Origin: Candidatus Methylomirabilis oxygeniifera
GTDB taxonomy: Bacteria > Methylomirabilota > Methylomirabilia > Methylomirabilales > Methylomirabilaceae
Assembly (NCBI GenBank): GCA_000091165.1
Contig: FP565575.1
Coordinates: 2,460,001-2,492,000, forward strand
Reading direction: 5' to 3'
Length of the DNA stretch: 32,000 nucleotides
Below the pieces are notes generated by a model. It had not been told where the DNA came from and did not search any database. It saw only the letters and a list, made by a program, of their open reading frames with translations. The stretch's first letter is position 1, and each line of letters opens with the position of its first letter. Of this stretch, positions 24,247 through 32,000 are shown in pieces. A program made the translations under genes and the position numbers.

Positions 24247-24298
24247 TTATCCTTGGAGGGTGTGCAACTGTTCGAGGGATGCGTTGTCATCGCCGTCG
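24247..24298 (-). repeat. Direct repeat copy 2 (TPR gene 3' end)
   Basis: Partner of 23269-23320. Confidence 0.8.
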
Positions 24299-24864
24299 AG
24301 GTTCAGGGCCGCCATGAACTCTCCGATGGCCAGATCGCTCATTTCCAGCCGCTTGTAGGCAAGTCCCAGGTGAAAGTGAGAGGAAGCAGCCTCAGGATTC
24401 TCGGATACCACCTGTGAGAATTCCCGAATCGCGTCGTGCCACATCCGTTTCCGCTCATAGATGATGCCCAAGTGGTAATGCACCATGATATGCGTGGGGT
24501 CCGCGTGCAGCACCTTCCCGAAACTCTGTATCGCCAGATCCAGCTTGCCCAAATGGAAATAGGACATCGCCATCCGATAGTGGGCCCAAGGGTGAGTGGG
24601 GTCCAGAGCTAAGACCTTTTTGGCGGCGTCAACGGCGGCGTGGAACATGCATCGCCCGTAATACCAGAGGCTGAGCTGAAAGTGGGCATCGAGACGCCTG
24701 GGATCCAGCATGATGACCCGTTGCATCTCAGCGATCGCTTCCTTTACCCGTCTTACCTGGTGATACTCCAGCGCAAGCTGATACCGGGCCTCGATGTTCT
24801 CCGGGTCCTGCTCGATGGCCTTGCGATATGCCTCAAGGACTGTCGGCGCTGTTTCGTCCTGCAT
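24247..24864 (-). CDS. TPR-repeat protein
   Basis: 205 aa of consecutive 34-aa TPR units (A..Y..Al..dP....A...Lg pattern repeated about 5 times). The C-terminus is DGDDNASLEQLHTLQG. Confidence 0.8.
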   Translation of the reverse strand: MQDETAPTVLEAYRKAIEQDPENIEARYQLALEYHQVRRVKEAIAEMQRVIMLDPRRLDAHFQLSLWYYGRCMFHAAVDAAKKVLALDPTHPWAHYRMAMSYFHLGKLDLAIQSFGKVLHADPTHIMVHYHLGIIYERKRMWHDAIREFSQVVSENPEAASSHFHLGLAYKRLEMSDLAIGEFMAALNLDGDDNASLEQLHTLQG

Positions 24865-24979
24865 CCGAGTCTCCTCCCTCGTAGAAGCAGCCAGGGCAAC
24901 CGTGTCCTTATCTTACTGCCGGTCTGAAGCGGGGGTCAAGATACTTTAGCAAAACAGCTTGCCAGTATGCGCTATCAGC

Positions 24980-25852
24980 TCATGGTTGCTCTTCTTGGGG
25001 CAGGCTCTCGATCCGTGTCAGGTGTACTTGTGTAGGAAAGGGGATCTCGATCCCCTCCTTCTCAAAGGTCGCTTTAATTCGCCTTCTTAACTCCCGAGCC
25101 ACCTCCCATTGTCGCTGAGGCAGCGTTTTGACCAGCACCTTGATGGTAACCTGAGATTCGCCGAAGGACTCGATACCGAGAACCTCCGGCGGTTCCAGGA
25201 TCAGCGGACCCATCCTCTCATCCCTTGCCAGCCCCTGTCCGATCTGCTGCAGCACCTCGACGACCCGATCAATATCCTCGTGGTAGGCGACGCCAATGTC
25301 CAGAGCTACTCGCGACCACTCCTTTGTCAGGTTTGAAACAACCTTGAGTTCGCTATTCGGGATAAAGTGCACCGCGCCACTGCTGACATCCCGAAGGATC
25401 GTCACGCGCAGATTGAGTCGCTCCACCACACCGCTGATCTCACCCGTCTTGATGACATCGCCCACTGCAAACTGTCCCTCGAGGATGATAAAGAAGCCGG
25501 CGATCACATCCTTGATCAGGCTCTGGGCGCCGAAACCGACGGCCAGCCCCACCACACCTGCGCCGGCGATGATGGGGGTGATGTCCAGTCCGATCTCCTG
25601 CAGTCCCATCATCGTGGCGATGATCACAACCACCGTCGTCCCGACGGTCTTGACGATACCGGCCAGCGTCAGGGCGCGCTTTTCCTGCTCACTAACCTGT
25701 CCGGCGCCCCCATCCGCAACGGCGCGGACGACACGATCCGAAGCCAGCTTGAGGAGGTGAACCAGTACCAGGCTTCCTGCCACGATAATTGCTAGCCGCA
25801 GCCCGCCGGTCCGCAGCCACTGGAAGCTCTCCTCAAAGGGCCGCGTGTTCAT
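24980..25852 (-). CDS. MscS-family mechanosensitive channel
   Basis: TM helices followed by the conserved MscS beta-domain (FAVGDVIKTGEISGVVERLNLRVTILRD...G..V.IPNS). ATG at 25852 forms an ATGA overlap with the GH57 stop. Confidence 0.85.
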   Translation of the reverse strand: MNTRPFEESFQWLRTGGLRLAIIVAGSLVLVHLLKLASDRVVRAVADGGAGQVSEQEKRALTLAGIVKTVGTTVVVIIATMMGLQEIGLDITPIIAGAGVVGLAVGFGAQSLIKDVIAGFFIILEGQFAVGDVIKTGEISGVVERLNLRVTILRDVSSGAVHFIPNSELKVVSNLTKEWSRVALDIGVAYHEDIDRVVEVLQQIGQGLARDERMGPLILEPPEVLGIESFGESQVTIKVLVKTLPQRQWEVARELRRRIKATFEKEGIEIPFPTQVHLTRIESLPQEEQP

Positions 25853-27969
25853 CCCGACACCGTCACCCTTACCTGCCCCCTCCACTCCTCACCAGGATTG
25901 AGATCGAGATCCCAGGTGGGCATGGCAGCCACTCCTTGCACTGTTCGTTCGTACCCATCCTCCGATTGCGAGACCGTTGCAACCAGGTGGCTGTACAGGG
26001 CGGCGGGATGATCGAGTTCAATGCGAAGCTGAGAGCCTGACTCCAGAGCGGACAGGGTGAACTCTTCGACTCCCGCTATAGAGATCGGGAAGTCGAGCGA
26101 GATGTGCCGGTCGCCCAGCGTGATAAACGATCGGCCCAAGGCAAGACCGAGTAGGAAGAAGTTCAACTCTACCCCAAAGCGGATGCGCAGGTGATCACTT
26201 CCCTGATTCGTCATCCGGTAGGATACGGTCAAGCCTCGATCATCTGCGAAGGTGTATTCCTTTCGTAGGAAGAGCGGGTGATTCGGCTCATGGTTCGTTC
26301 GAACTCGCCCCAATCGAGTGATCGCGACGCCGGTAGCCGTGTGCTGCCAGTCCCAGTCCCCATTGACAAAATCCCCCCGTTCATCCAGGTGGCCTGAAAC
26401 CCAGGCAGCCAGGGGATCAGGTTCCGCAAAAAAATGGTCGAGGAACGCTGCGCGTTCCCATTGATCGCAGCAAAGCCCCTCCACAAGATCGGTTGACGCC
26501 GCTCGCTGCAGGTCGTGAATCCCAGGGATCCCCTCGGGTGTCTGCCCTTCGGGTTGCGCTGCCGCGCGCCTGATCGCATCGTGATAGGTCTCCGGACGGC
26601 GCGTGAGGGTATTGAGGAGGTTCACCTCCCCGGCGAAGTCTGTCCACTCCACCAGCCGACCGCCGCGATGCGGCTGAATTTGGGCCGAGAGACGGCTGTT
26701 CGAGACCCAGACCTCCGGTGACCCGTCGCAATCAAGATCGGCCGACTCAACCTTGAGCTTCTGGCGACGGCGGATGAACGCCTCAGCGCGCGCCAAATGT
26801 CGCCAAATCTCATGCCGCAAATGGGGCAGATACAGGCCGCCGAATATCCCGTGCCAGTAGCTGTCGTTACACTGAGCCGCAAAGAGCTCAAGCCTGGCTT
26901 GCGTGGCCCCATGCCCCCCAGGCAGCAGTCGACTCAGCGCCAGCCCCTTCTTGTGGGCCCGGTTCGCCTCGGGATATCGGACCAGGAAATGCTTCCAATG
27001 CCCTCCGTGCAGATGCGGCATGAACCGATCGACATCGGAGCCGAGACGACCCTTCAGCTCCTCAAACCGTCGCCCCCCGTCCGGTCCGAGCGCCCATTCT
27101 TCCATCTCGACATAGGAGCAGGTAGGGAGGTAACAGAGTCCGGCGGGATGAACGTCCTCCAGCGCCTCGCTCACCGTCTGCGATACGAGCCAGTCGTCTG
27201 CACCTTCAAGCAGGTCCAGGAACCCCTTCAGCCATCCGTCGTCGTAGACCCACTTTGCCGTCCCGGGCCAGCCGCCGAACTTTTCACCATCGTCGGCAGC
27301 GATGGCCAGCCGCCCGCCAATCTGTGCGATCCAACGCAGGTGCGCCTCAATCTCCTCCGGCGGGCGAAACGGGATCAGGTACCGGAGCCGCTTATCGATC
27401 GGGAAGATGGCCAGCGGCTCGCCCTCGGCTTCGGTGAGATAATAGTCGTGCAGCCGATCGGCCTCAAATCCTGACGTGAGAAACGCCCGGTCATCCATCA
27501 GGACATAATCGACCCCTGCCCCCACAAGGGACGGGATGATCGCGCTGTCCCAGATCCGTTCGGTCAGCCACAGACCGCGCGGGCGGACACCGAAACGAGA
27601 CCGGATACGCTCGCTCATCAGCGTAATCTGGGCGATGCGATCCTCATGTGGAATGGCCGCCAGGATCGGCTCATATAACCCTCCAGACAGGAGTTCAAGT
27701 CGACCGCGCTGGACCAGTTCACCGATGAGATCGAGGTAATCCGGGGCTCGGCGCTCCAGCCATAGCAGAAGCGGCCCACTCAGGTGCAGGCTGAATTTAA
27801 GCGTGGGTCTACTATAGATGGCCCCAAGGAGAGGTCGGTAGGCCCTATCCATCAGCGTCTGGATTACCTCATCAAAATTGCCCAGCGGCTGATGGTTGTG
27901 TAGGACAAGCAAGAAACGGAGCTTGCCCTGACCGCTGTCGAAGGATCTCACGACTGGTTTCTTTGTCAT
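25849..27969 (-). CDS. Glycoside hydrolase family 57 alpha-glucan enzyme (amylase / 4-alpha-glucanotransferase type)
   Basis: GH57 signatures HNHQP, GLWLTERIWD (nucleophile Glu region) and ADDGEKFG (acid/base Asp region), with a long C-terminal domain. Start at ATG 27969 (MTKKPVV...). The upstream extension to 28056 runs through a terminator hairpin. Confidence 0.85.
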   Translation of the reverse strand: MTKKPVVRSFDSGQGKLRFLLVLHNHQPLGNFDEVIQTLMDRAYRPLLGAIYSRPTLKFSLHLSGPLLLWLERRAPDYLDLIGELVQRGRLELLSGGLYEPILAAIPHEDRIAQITLMSERIRSRFGVRPRGLWLTERIWDSAIIPSLVGAGVDYVLMDDRAFLTSGFEADRLHDYYLTEAEGEPLAIFPIDKRLRYLIPFRPPEEIEAHLRWIAQIGGRLAIAADDGEKFGGWPGTAKWVYDDGWLKGFLDLLEGADDWLVSQTVSEALEDVHPAGLCYLPTCSYVEMEEWALGPDGGRRFEELKGRLGSDVDRFMPHLHGGHWKHFLVRYPEANRAHKKGLALSRLLPGGHGATQARLELFAAQCNDSYWHGIFGGLYLPHLRHEIWRHLARAEAFIRRRQKLKVESADLDCDGSPEVWVSNSRLSAQIQPHRGGRLVEWTDFAGEVNLLNTLTRRPETYHDAIRRAAAQPEGQTPEGIPGIHDLQRAASTDLVEGLCCDQWERAAFLDHFFAEPDPLAAWVSGHLDERGDFVNGDWDWQHTATGVAITRLGRVRTNHEPNHPLFLRKEYTFADDRGLTVSYRMTNQGSDHLRIRFGVELNFFLLGLALGRSFITLGDRHISLDFPISIAGVEEFTLSALESGSQLRIELDHPAALYSHLVATVSQSEDGYERTVQGVAAMPTWDLDLNPGEEWRGQVRVTVSG

Positions 27970-27983
27970 ATTCCGACGACCTG

Positions 27984-28033
27984 TAAAAAATCCCCCCAAC
28001 TCCCCTTTGGTAAAGGGGGGCAAGGGGGGATTT
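27984..28033 (-). terminator. Rho-independent terminator-like hairpin after glgB
   Basis: On the minus strand: AAATCCCCCC...(inner stem CCCCTTT/AAAGGGG)...GGGGGGATTT followed by TTT. Located between the glgB stop (28076) and the GH57 start (27969). Confidence 0.55.
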
Positions 28034-28075
28034 GCCTCGCACGTCGCACCTTGCACCTCGTTCTCATGCGGAACC

Positions 28076-30295
28076 CTACGTGGATGCGGGCTTGAGAATC
28101 AAGCCGCCTAGCGGAGGGATGGTGAGAAGCAATGAGAACGGTCGTCCGTGACCCGGGATCGGCTCTGCTTCGACGCCGCCGCCATTCCCGAGATTGCTGC
28201 CACCATAGATCGCAGCATCTGAGTTCAGGATCTCCACATAGTAGCCCCCGGTCGGTACGCCGATGCGATAGTCGTGTCGCGGGACGGGGGTGAAGTTACA
28301 GACCACGATCATGAAGTCATCCGGATTCCTGGCGCGCCGCAAGAACGAGACGATGCTCCCCTGCCAGTCATGGCAGTCGATCCACTCGAATCCGTGCGGA
28401 TCAAAATCGACCTCGTGTAGAGCCGACTGGCATCGGTAGAGCTGGTTCAGGTCCCGCACGAGCCTCTGCAACCCTTGATGGTGAGGACCTTCTGCCAGAA
28501 GGTGCCAATCCAGGCTCTGGTCGTGATCCCACTCGCGCCATTGACCGAACTCTCCTCCCATAAACAGAAGCTTCTTGCCGGGATGTCCATACATAAAGAC
28601 ATAGAAAGATCGCAGGTTGGCGAACTTCTGCCAGGTATCACCCGACATCTTGCCGAGGAGTGAGCCTTTCTCGTGTACCACCTCGTCGTGGGAAAGGGGC
28701 AGGACGAAGTTCTCAGTGAAAGCATAGAGCAGACCAAAGGTCAGGTTGTTGTGGTGGTAGCCTCGATGGACCGGGTCGAGCGTCATGTAGCCCAGCATGT
28801 CATGCATCCATCCCATGTTCCACTTCAACCCAAAGCCGAGTCCGCCCACGTAGGTTGGGCGCGAGACCTGGGGCCACGCGGTCGATTCCTCAGCAATGGT
28901 TATCACGCCAGGATGGCGCTCGTAGACCAGTTCGTTGAAGCGCTTCAGGAAGGCGACCGCCTCCAGATTCTCATGCCCCCCGTAGATGTTAGGAACCCAC
29001 TCGCCGGGCTGACGCGAGTAGTCCAGGTAGAGCATCGAGGCCACCGCGTCTACCCGCAGACCGTCCAGGTGATAGCGTTCAAGCCAGAAGAGCGCATTGC
29101 CCAGCAGGAAGTTGTCCACTTCCTTTCGGCCGTAATTGAAGATGAGCGTACCCCACTCGCGATGTTCGCCCTTACGAGGATCTTCATGCTCATAGAGGCA
29201 GGTCCCGTCGAAGTAGACCAGCCCGTGCGGGTCACGAGGGAAATGGGAGGGGACCCAGTCAAGGATTACGCCGATCCCGCGCTGGTGCAGGTGATCTACG
29301 AAGTACATGAAGTCGGTCGGCGTTCCATACCGGCAGGTTGGCGAGAAGTAGCCGATGGTTTGGTACCCCCACGAGCCGTAAAACGGGTGCTCCGTAATCG
29401 GAAGTAGTTCGACGTGCGTGTACCCCATCTCCGTCGCGTAATCGGCAAGCCGGTGAGCCAGCTCCCGGTACGTCAGACAGCTATGCCCTTCCTCAGGCGA
29501 CCGCATCCAGGAGCCCAGATGCACCTCGTAGATCGCGACCGGTCGCTCAAGCCAATTCTGATGCGCTCGCGCGTCCATCCACGACGCATCCCCCCACCGG
29601 TAGGCATCGATGCTGAACACGCGCGAAGCGGTTCGGGGTGACGGCTCGAAGGCGAAGGCGAACGGATCGGCTTTGAGGGCGAGCGGCTCGCCGGATTGCG
29701 ACTTGATCTCGAATTTGTACAGGGCGTTCTCCGTGAGAGAAGGGATAAAGAGATCCCATATGCCGTTGCCGGGATGGTTTCGCATCGGATGGCACCGGCC
29801 ATCCCAGCGATTGAAGTCTCCGACGACGCTGACTCTTCTGGCGTTGGGGGCCCAGACCGCAAAGCGGACCCCTGGTACGCCGCCGAGGGTCATCAGATGA
29901 GCCCCCAACTTTTCATAGTTTCTGAGGTGACTGCCCTCGCCCAACAGGTACAGGTCATAGTCACTCAAGGTCGGAGGAAAACGGTACGGGTCTTCAATCT
30001 CGTATCCCTGTCCCTGCCGATCTACGACACGCAGTCGATAGGGAAAGAGGCCGTTCCGCGTCGGAACGACGACCTCGAAGAGACCGTCCGGGTGTACCAA
30101 CTCCATGGGCCGGTCCTTGATCTCGCCATCGGCATGGACGACCATTGCCTCCCGGACATCCGGGAGGAAGGCGCGCACGACGACGCATGGCTCTGCGGCG
30201 ATGGGTACCTCATGCGGGCCCAGTACGGCGAACGGATCGCCGTGCTCACCCCGGACAATCGCCTCGATCACCTCAGCAGCAAGACTGGAAAGCAT
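28076..30295 (-). CDS. glgB: 1,4-alpha-glucan branching enzyme (GH13)
   Basis: 739 aa with typical GlgB regions ([63 protein letters not shown]). Confidence 0.95.
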   Translation of the reverse strand: MLSSLAAEVIEAIVRGEHGDPFAVLGPHEVPIAAEPCVVVRAFLPDVREAMVVHADGEIKDRPMELVHPDGLFEVVVPTRNGLFPYRLRVVDRQGQGYEIEDPYRFPPTLSDYDLYLLGEGSHLRNYEKLGAHLMTLGGVPGVRFAVWAPNARRVSVVGDFNRWDGRCHPMRNHPGNGIWDLFIPSLTENALYKFEIKSQSGEPLALKADPFAFAFEPSPRTASRVFSIDAYRWGDASWMDARAHQNWLERPVAIYEVHLGSWMRSPEEGHSCLTYRELAHRLADYATEMGYTHVELLPITEHPFYGSWGYQTIGYFSPTCRYGTPTDFMYFVDHLHQRGIGVILDWVPSHFPRDPHGLVYFDGTCLYEHEDPRKGEHREWGTLIFNYGRKEVDNFLLGNALFWLERYHLDGLRVDAVASMLYLDYSRQPGEWVPNIYGGHENLEAVAFLKRFNELVYERHPGVITIAEESTAWPQVSRPTYVGGLGFGLKWNMGWMHDMLGYMTLDPVHRGYHHNNLTFGLLYAFTENFVLPLSHDEVVHEKGSLLGKMSGDTWQKFANLRSFYVFMYGHPGKKLLFMGGEFGQWREWDHDQSLDWHLLAEGPHHQGLQRLVRDLNQLYRCQSALHEVDFDPHGFEWIDCHDWQGSIVSFLRRARNPDDFMIVVCNFTPVPRHDYRIGVPTGGYYVEILNSDAAIYGGSNLGNGGGVEAEPIPGHGRPFSLLLTIPPLGGLILKPAST

Positions 30296-30314
30296 TTATG
30301 TAATCTCCTGTATC

Positions 30315-30332
30315 TTGGGCAACGCTGCCCAA
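30315..30332 (-). promoter_or_regulatory. 5'-leader hairpin next to the glgB SD
   Basis: 7-bp stem TTGGGCA/TGCCCAA with a 4-nt loop, directly upstream of AGGAG and the glgB ATG on the minus strand. Function unknown. Confidence 0.3.
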
Positions 30333-30483
30333 AGATAACACCATCCCTCCTTCATTTCAATCGCGGTTGCGTGGTGGCATGATCTAGAGGAATCCAAGGA
30401 TGGCGGAAAGGCAGAAAGGAAAGCAATCGGCGCTCCTTGCGAGCGCACCTTCTGCTTTAGCCAAAAGAGTTCACGGGTGGCCA

Positions 30484-30525
30484 AGAAAAAAGAAAAGGCG
30501 ACTCGCGTAGGTGAAGCCGCCTTTT
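30484..30525 (-). terminator. Rho-independent terminator of the small secreted-protein gene
   Basis: On the minus strand: AAAAGGCG-17 nt loop-CGCCTTTT followed by CTTTTTTCTT, about 20 nt past the stop at 30546. Confidence 0.6.
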
Positions 30526-30545
30526 CCTGGCTGTTTCGCGTCGGC

Positions 30546-30872
30546 TCAGCCGCCGGCCGGAAGCCTCGTGATGGACTCAGCGAAGGCCTTCCAGTCGCCA
30601 GCCTCATGATAATTAACAGGTGAGAAATCACTAAGGAAACTGTGTGTCGCGACTTCCACCATGTCACCCGGCTTAAGATTAGCCAGCGCCATTGTAGCCC
30701 GGTCGATGGCCGTGAAGGTCACCGGAAACCCCGAAACATTTATTGTCAGTTCCTGCCAGGAGGGGTTTACCGCGATCACCTCACCGGTGATCATATGTAG
30801 CGCCGACGCCGTGCCGGCAAAGGACACCACTGCTAGAAAAGCGATAAAAGCCACCAACACTTTTCTCGACAT
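30546..30872 (-). CDS. Small secreted protein, unknown function
   Basis: Strong SD (GAAGGAGGTG) 7 nt upstream of the ATG at 30872. Signal peptide MSRKVLVAFIAFLAVVSFAGTASA. 108 aa. Confidence 0.55.
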   Translation of the reverse strand: MSRKVLVAFIAFLAVVSFAGTASALHMITGEVIAVNPSWQELTINVSGFPVTFTAIDRATMALANLKPGDMVEVATHSFLSDFSPVNYHEAGDWKAFAESITRLPAGG

Positions 30873-31040
30873 GACCGATTCACCTCCTTCTGTATTTACC
30901 GTAGGTCGCAAACCAGGTCACGTCAAGGGCTGTACAAAAAATGAGTCGGGTGGAGGGCATTGTACCGGTACATTGTGATGCCCAATGTATTGATGTTACG
31001 TCCTTCTTCCTGTATGTTCTTCCTGGGGAGTTAACAGCAA

Positions 31041-31402
31041 ATGGTACAGCCACTCACCATGACGGTTTCAGATACAGGGACGACCGATCTGGATGGCTTG
31101 AACGTGGCCCAGCAGGCGGCGGTCACGCACGGCGATGGCCCGTTGCTGATCATTGCGGGCGCCGGGACGGGGAAGACCACGGTGATCGCGCGCACCGGAT
31201 CGCCCACCCGATCAACAGCAGGCGAGTCCGGCCGGAGCAGGTGCTGGCGCTGACCTTTACCGAGAAGGCGGCGGCGGAGATGGAGCGGCGTGTCGACCTG
31301 CTGGTTCCGTACGGCTTCACCGATACCTGGATCTCCACCTTTCACGCCTTTGGAGACCGCGTGCTTCGGGAGCACGCCCTGGTGCTGGGGCTGAGTCCGG
31401 AC
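31041..31402 (+). pseudogene. UvrD/PcrA-type superfamily-1 helicase, N-terminal fragment with a frameshift
   Basis: LNVAQQAAVTHGDGPLLIIAGAGTGKTTVIA (Walker A) is in one frame, then HRIAHPINSRRVRPEQVLALTFTEKAAAEMERR...STFHAFG (motifs Ia/Ib) in the -1 frame. The switch is near 31191-31195. Similarity ends at about 31402, 36 nt before the convergent AbiEi stop. Confidence 0.6.
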
Positions 31403-31437
31403 CGAGGCTGCGATGTTCGTCGGTTGCCCCGCCGGAG

Positions 31438-32000
31438 TCATCCCACAGCCTCCAGATAGGGGCGGATCAGTGTCACGCGGTCCACCGGAGCGAAGCGCCA
31501 GACGGCCTCCAGGCGTTTAGGGTACATCCTCCGGTAGTCGCGCAGCGCCTCGATGGCGACGTCGATGCCGATCTTGTTGCGGAACTTGAAACAGTCCGCG
31601 ACGGTCTTGGCCGCGCTGAACACCCGTACCGTCACGCCGGAGATGCGGTGCTCCTCCACCCCTTCCAGCAACGCGGGGCCTGACAGGTAGAACAGCCGCA
31701 GGGGAGGCTGCTCCAGTCGCGGCCTCCACGCTTTGCGGTCGATCGCCATCCAGATCTCGAACGGGTTCTGCGTGGTAAGCCCGTGAAAGCGCAGTGCCAA
31801 CAGTAGGCAGAGGACGCCCACAGGCACGCGGCGCGCGACCTCTACGAGATGCTGTCGCTCCGTTACGGGGGCACCCGGGAGCCGGTAGAGACCGCGCCCC
31901 ACCCGCTCGAGCAGTCCCCTATCCAGCAACCGGCGTAGTTGTATTCTCGAGACGCCAACGCGCTCAATGTCCCGGGAGCGCGCGATCCCAACTCGCTGCA
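31438..32000 (-). CDS. AbiEi-family antitoxin / transcriptional regulator (5' end beyond the window)
   Basis: The frame is open to the window edge: ...GIARSRDIERVGVSRIQLRRLLDRGLLERVGRGLYRL is the AbiEi N-terminal wHTH pattern, followed by the C-terminal AbiEi domain. No AbiEii toxin gene lies downstream. Confidence 0.7.
   Translation of the reverse strand, partial: QRVGIARSRDIERVGVSRIQLRRLLDRGLLERVGRGLYRLPGAPVTERQHLVEVARRVPVGVLCLLLALRFHGLTTQNPFEIWMAIDRKAWRPRLEQPPLRLFYLSGPALLEGVEEHRISGVTVRVFSAAKTVADCFKFRNKIGIDVAIEALRDYRRMYPKRLEAVWRFAPVDRVTLIRPYLEAVG

Noticed and set aside
27970-28056. N-terminal extension of the GH57 ORF (MQGATCEANPPLPPFTKGELGGFF...). Similar extensions occur for pmbA (to 7567), the PD40 gene (from 4241), mscS (to 25885) and the Dam gene (to 15157).
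   Set aside because: The GH57 extension is a translation of the G/C-run hairpin that acts as the glgB terminator. The others run into the preceding gene. Internal ATGs with SD sequences or ATGA coupling give sensible N-termini.
31031-31441. 136-aa minus-strand ORF directly downstream of AbiEi, considered as a possible AbiEii toxin.
   Set aside because: It lacks the nucleotidyltransferase GSxxxxDxD motif. It is the antisense shadow of the UvrD-like helicase fragment, and it is far shorter than AbiEii proteins.

Overview
This is a 32-kb stretch of a high-G+C bacterial chromosome; the taxon cannot be determined from the sequence alone. The backbone is housekeeping: dnaE (804-4244), pmbA/tldD (6113-8925), a short mutY-type glycosylase overlapping a mutT-type Nudix gene (9033-10132), def, a PduO-type corrinoid adenosyltransferase, an OmpR/HisKA two-component pair (21100-23177), a TPR protein, and an mscS-GH57-glgB glycogen cluster (24980-30295). 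Accessory insertions interrupt it: five toxin-antitoxin loci or their wrecks (MntA/HepT, decayed BrnT-like pair, HigBA, VapC stub, AbiEi), two secreted beta-propeller proteins, and a disrupted UvrD-like helicase. Three insertions are bracketed by imperfect direct repeats that copy adjacent backbone sequence: the dnaE 3' end, the TPR-gene 3' end, and a promoter module. The stand-out region is a lower-G+C island at about 12.2-18.7 kb, with all genes on the minus strand. It carries a Dam-family (D12, DPPY) adenine methyltransferase translationally coupled to a 785-aa protein. That protein combines an Mrr-like PD-(D/E)xK nuclease module, a DGQHR (DndB/ParB-like) domain and a C-terminal HEPN (Rx4H) module. 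A stand-alone C4-HNH protein lies upstream, and a small lipoprotein and a 2-TM protein lie downstream. No dnd/ssp/dpd modification genes accompany the DGQHR protein, so I flag this as a candidate undescribed methylation-linked defence system. I saw no rRNA, tRNA or CRISPR array. All family calls rest on motifs read by eye from the translations; no database search was possible.
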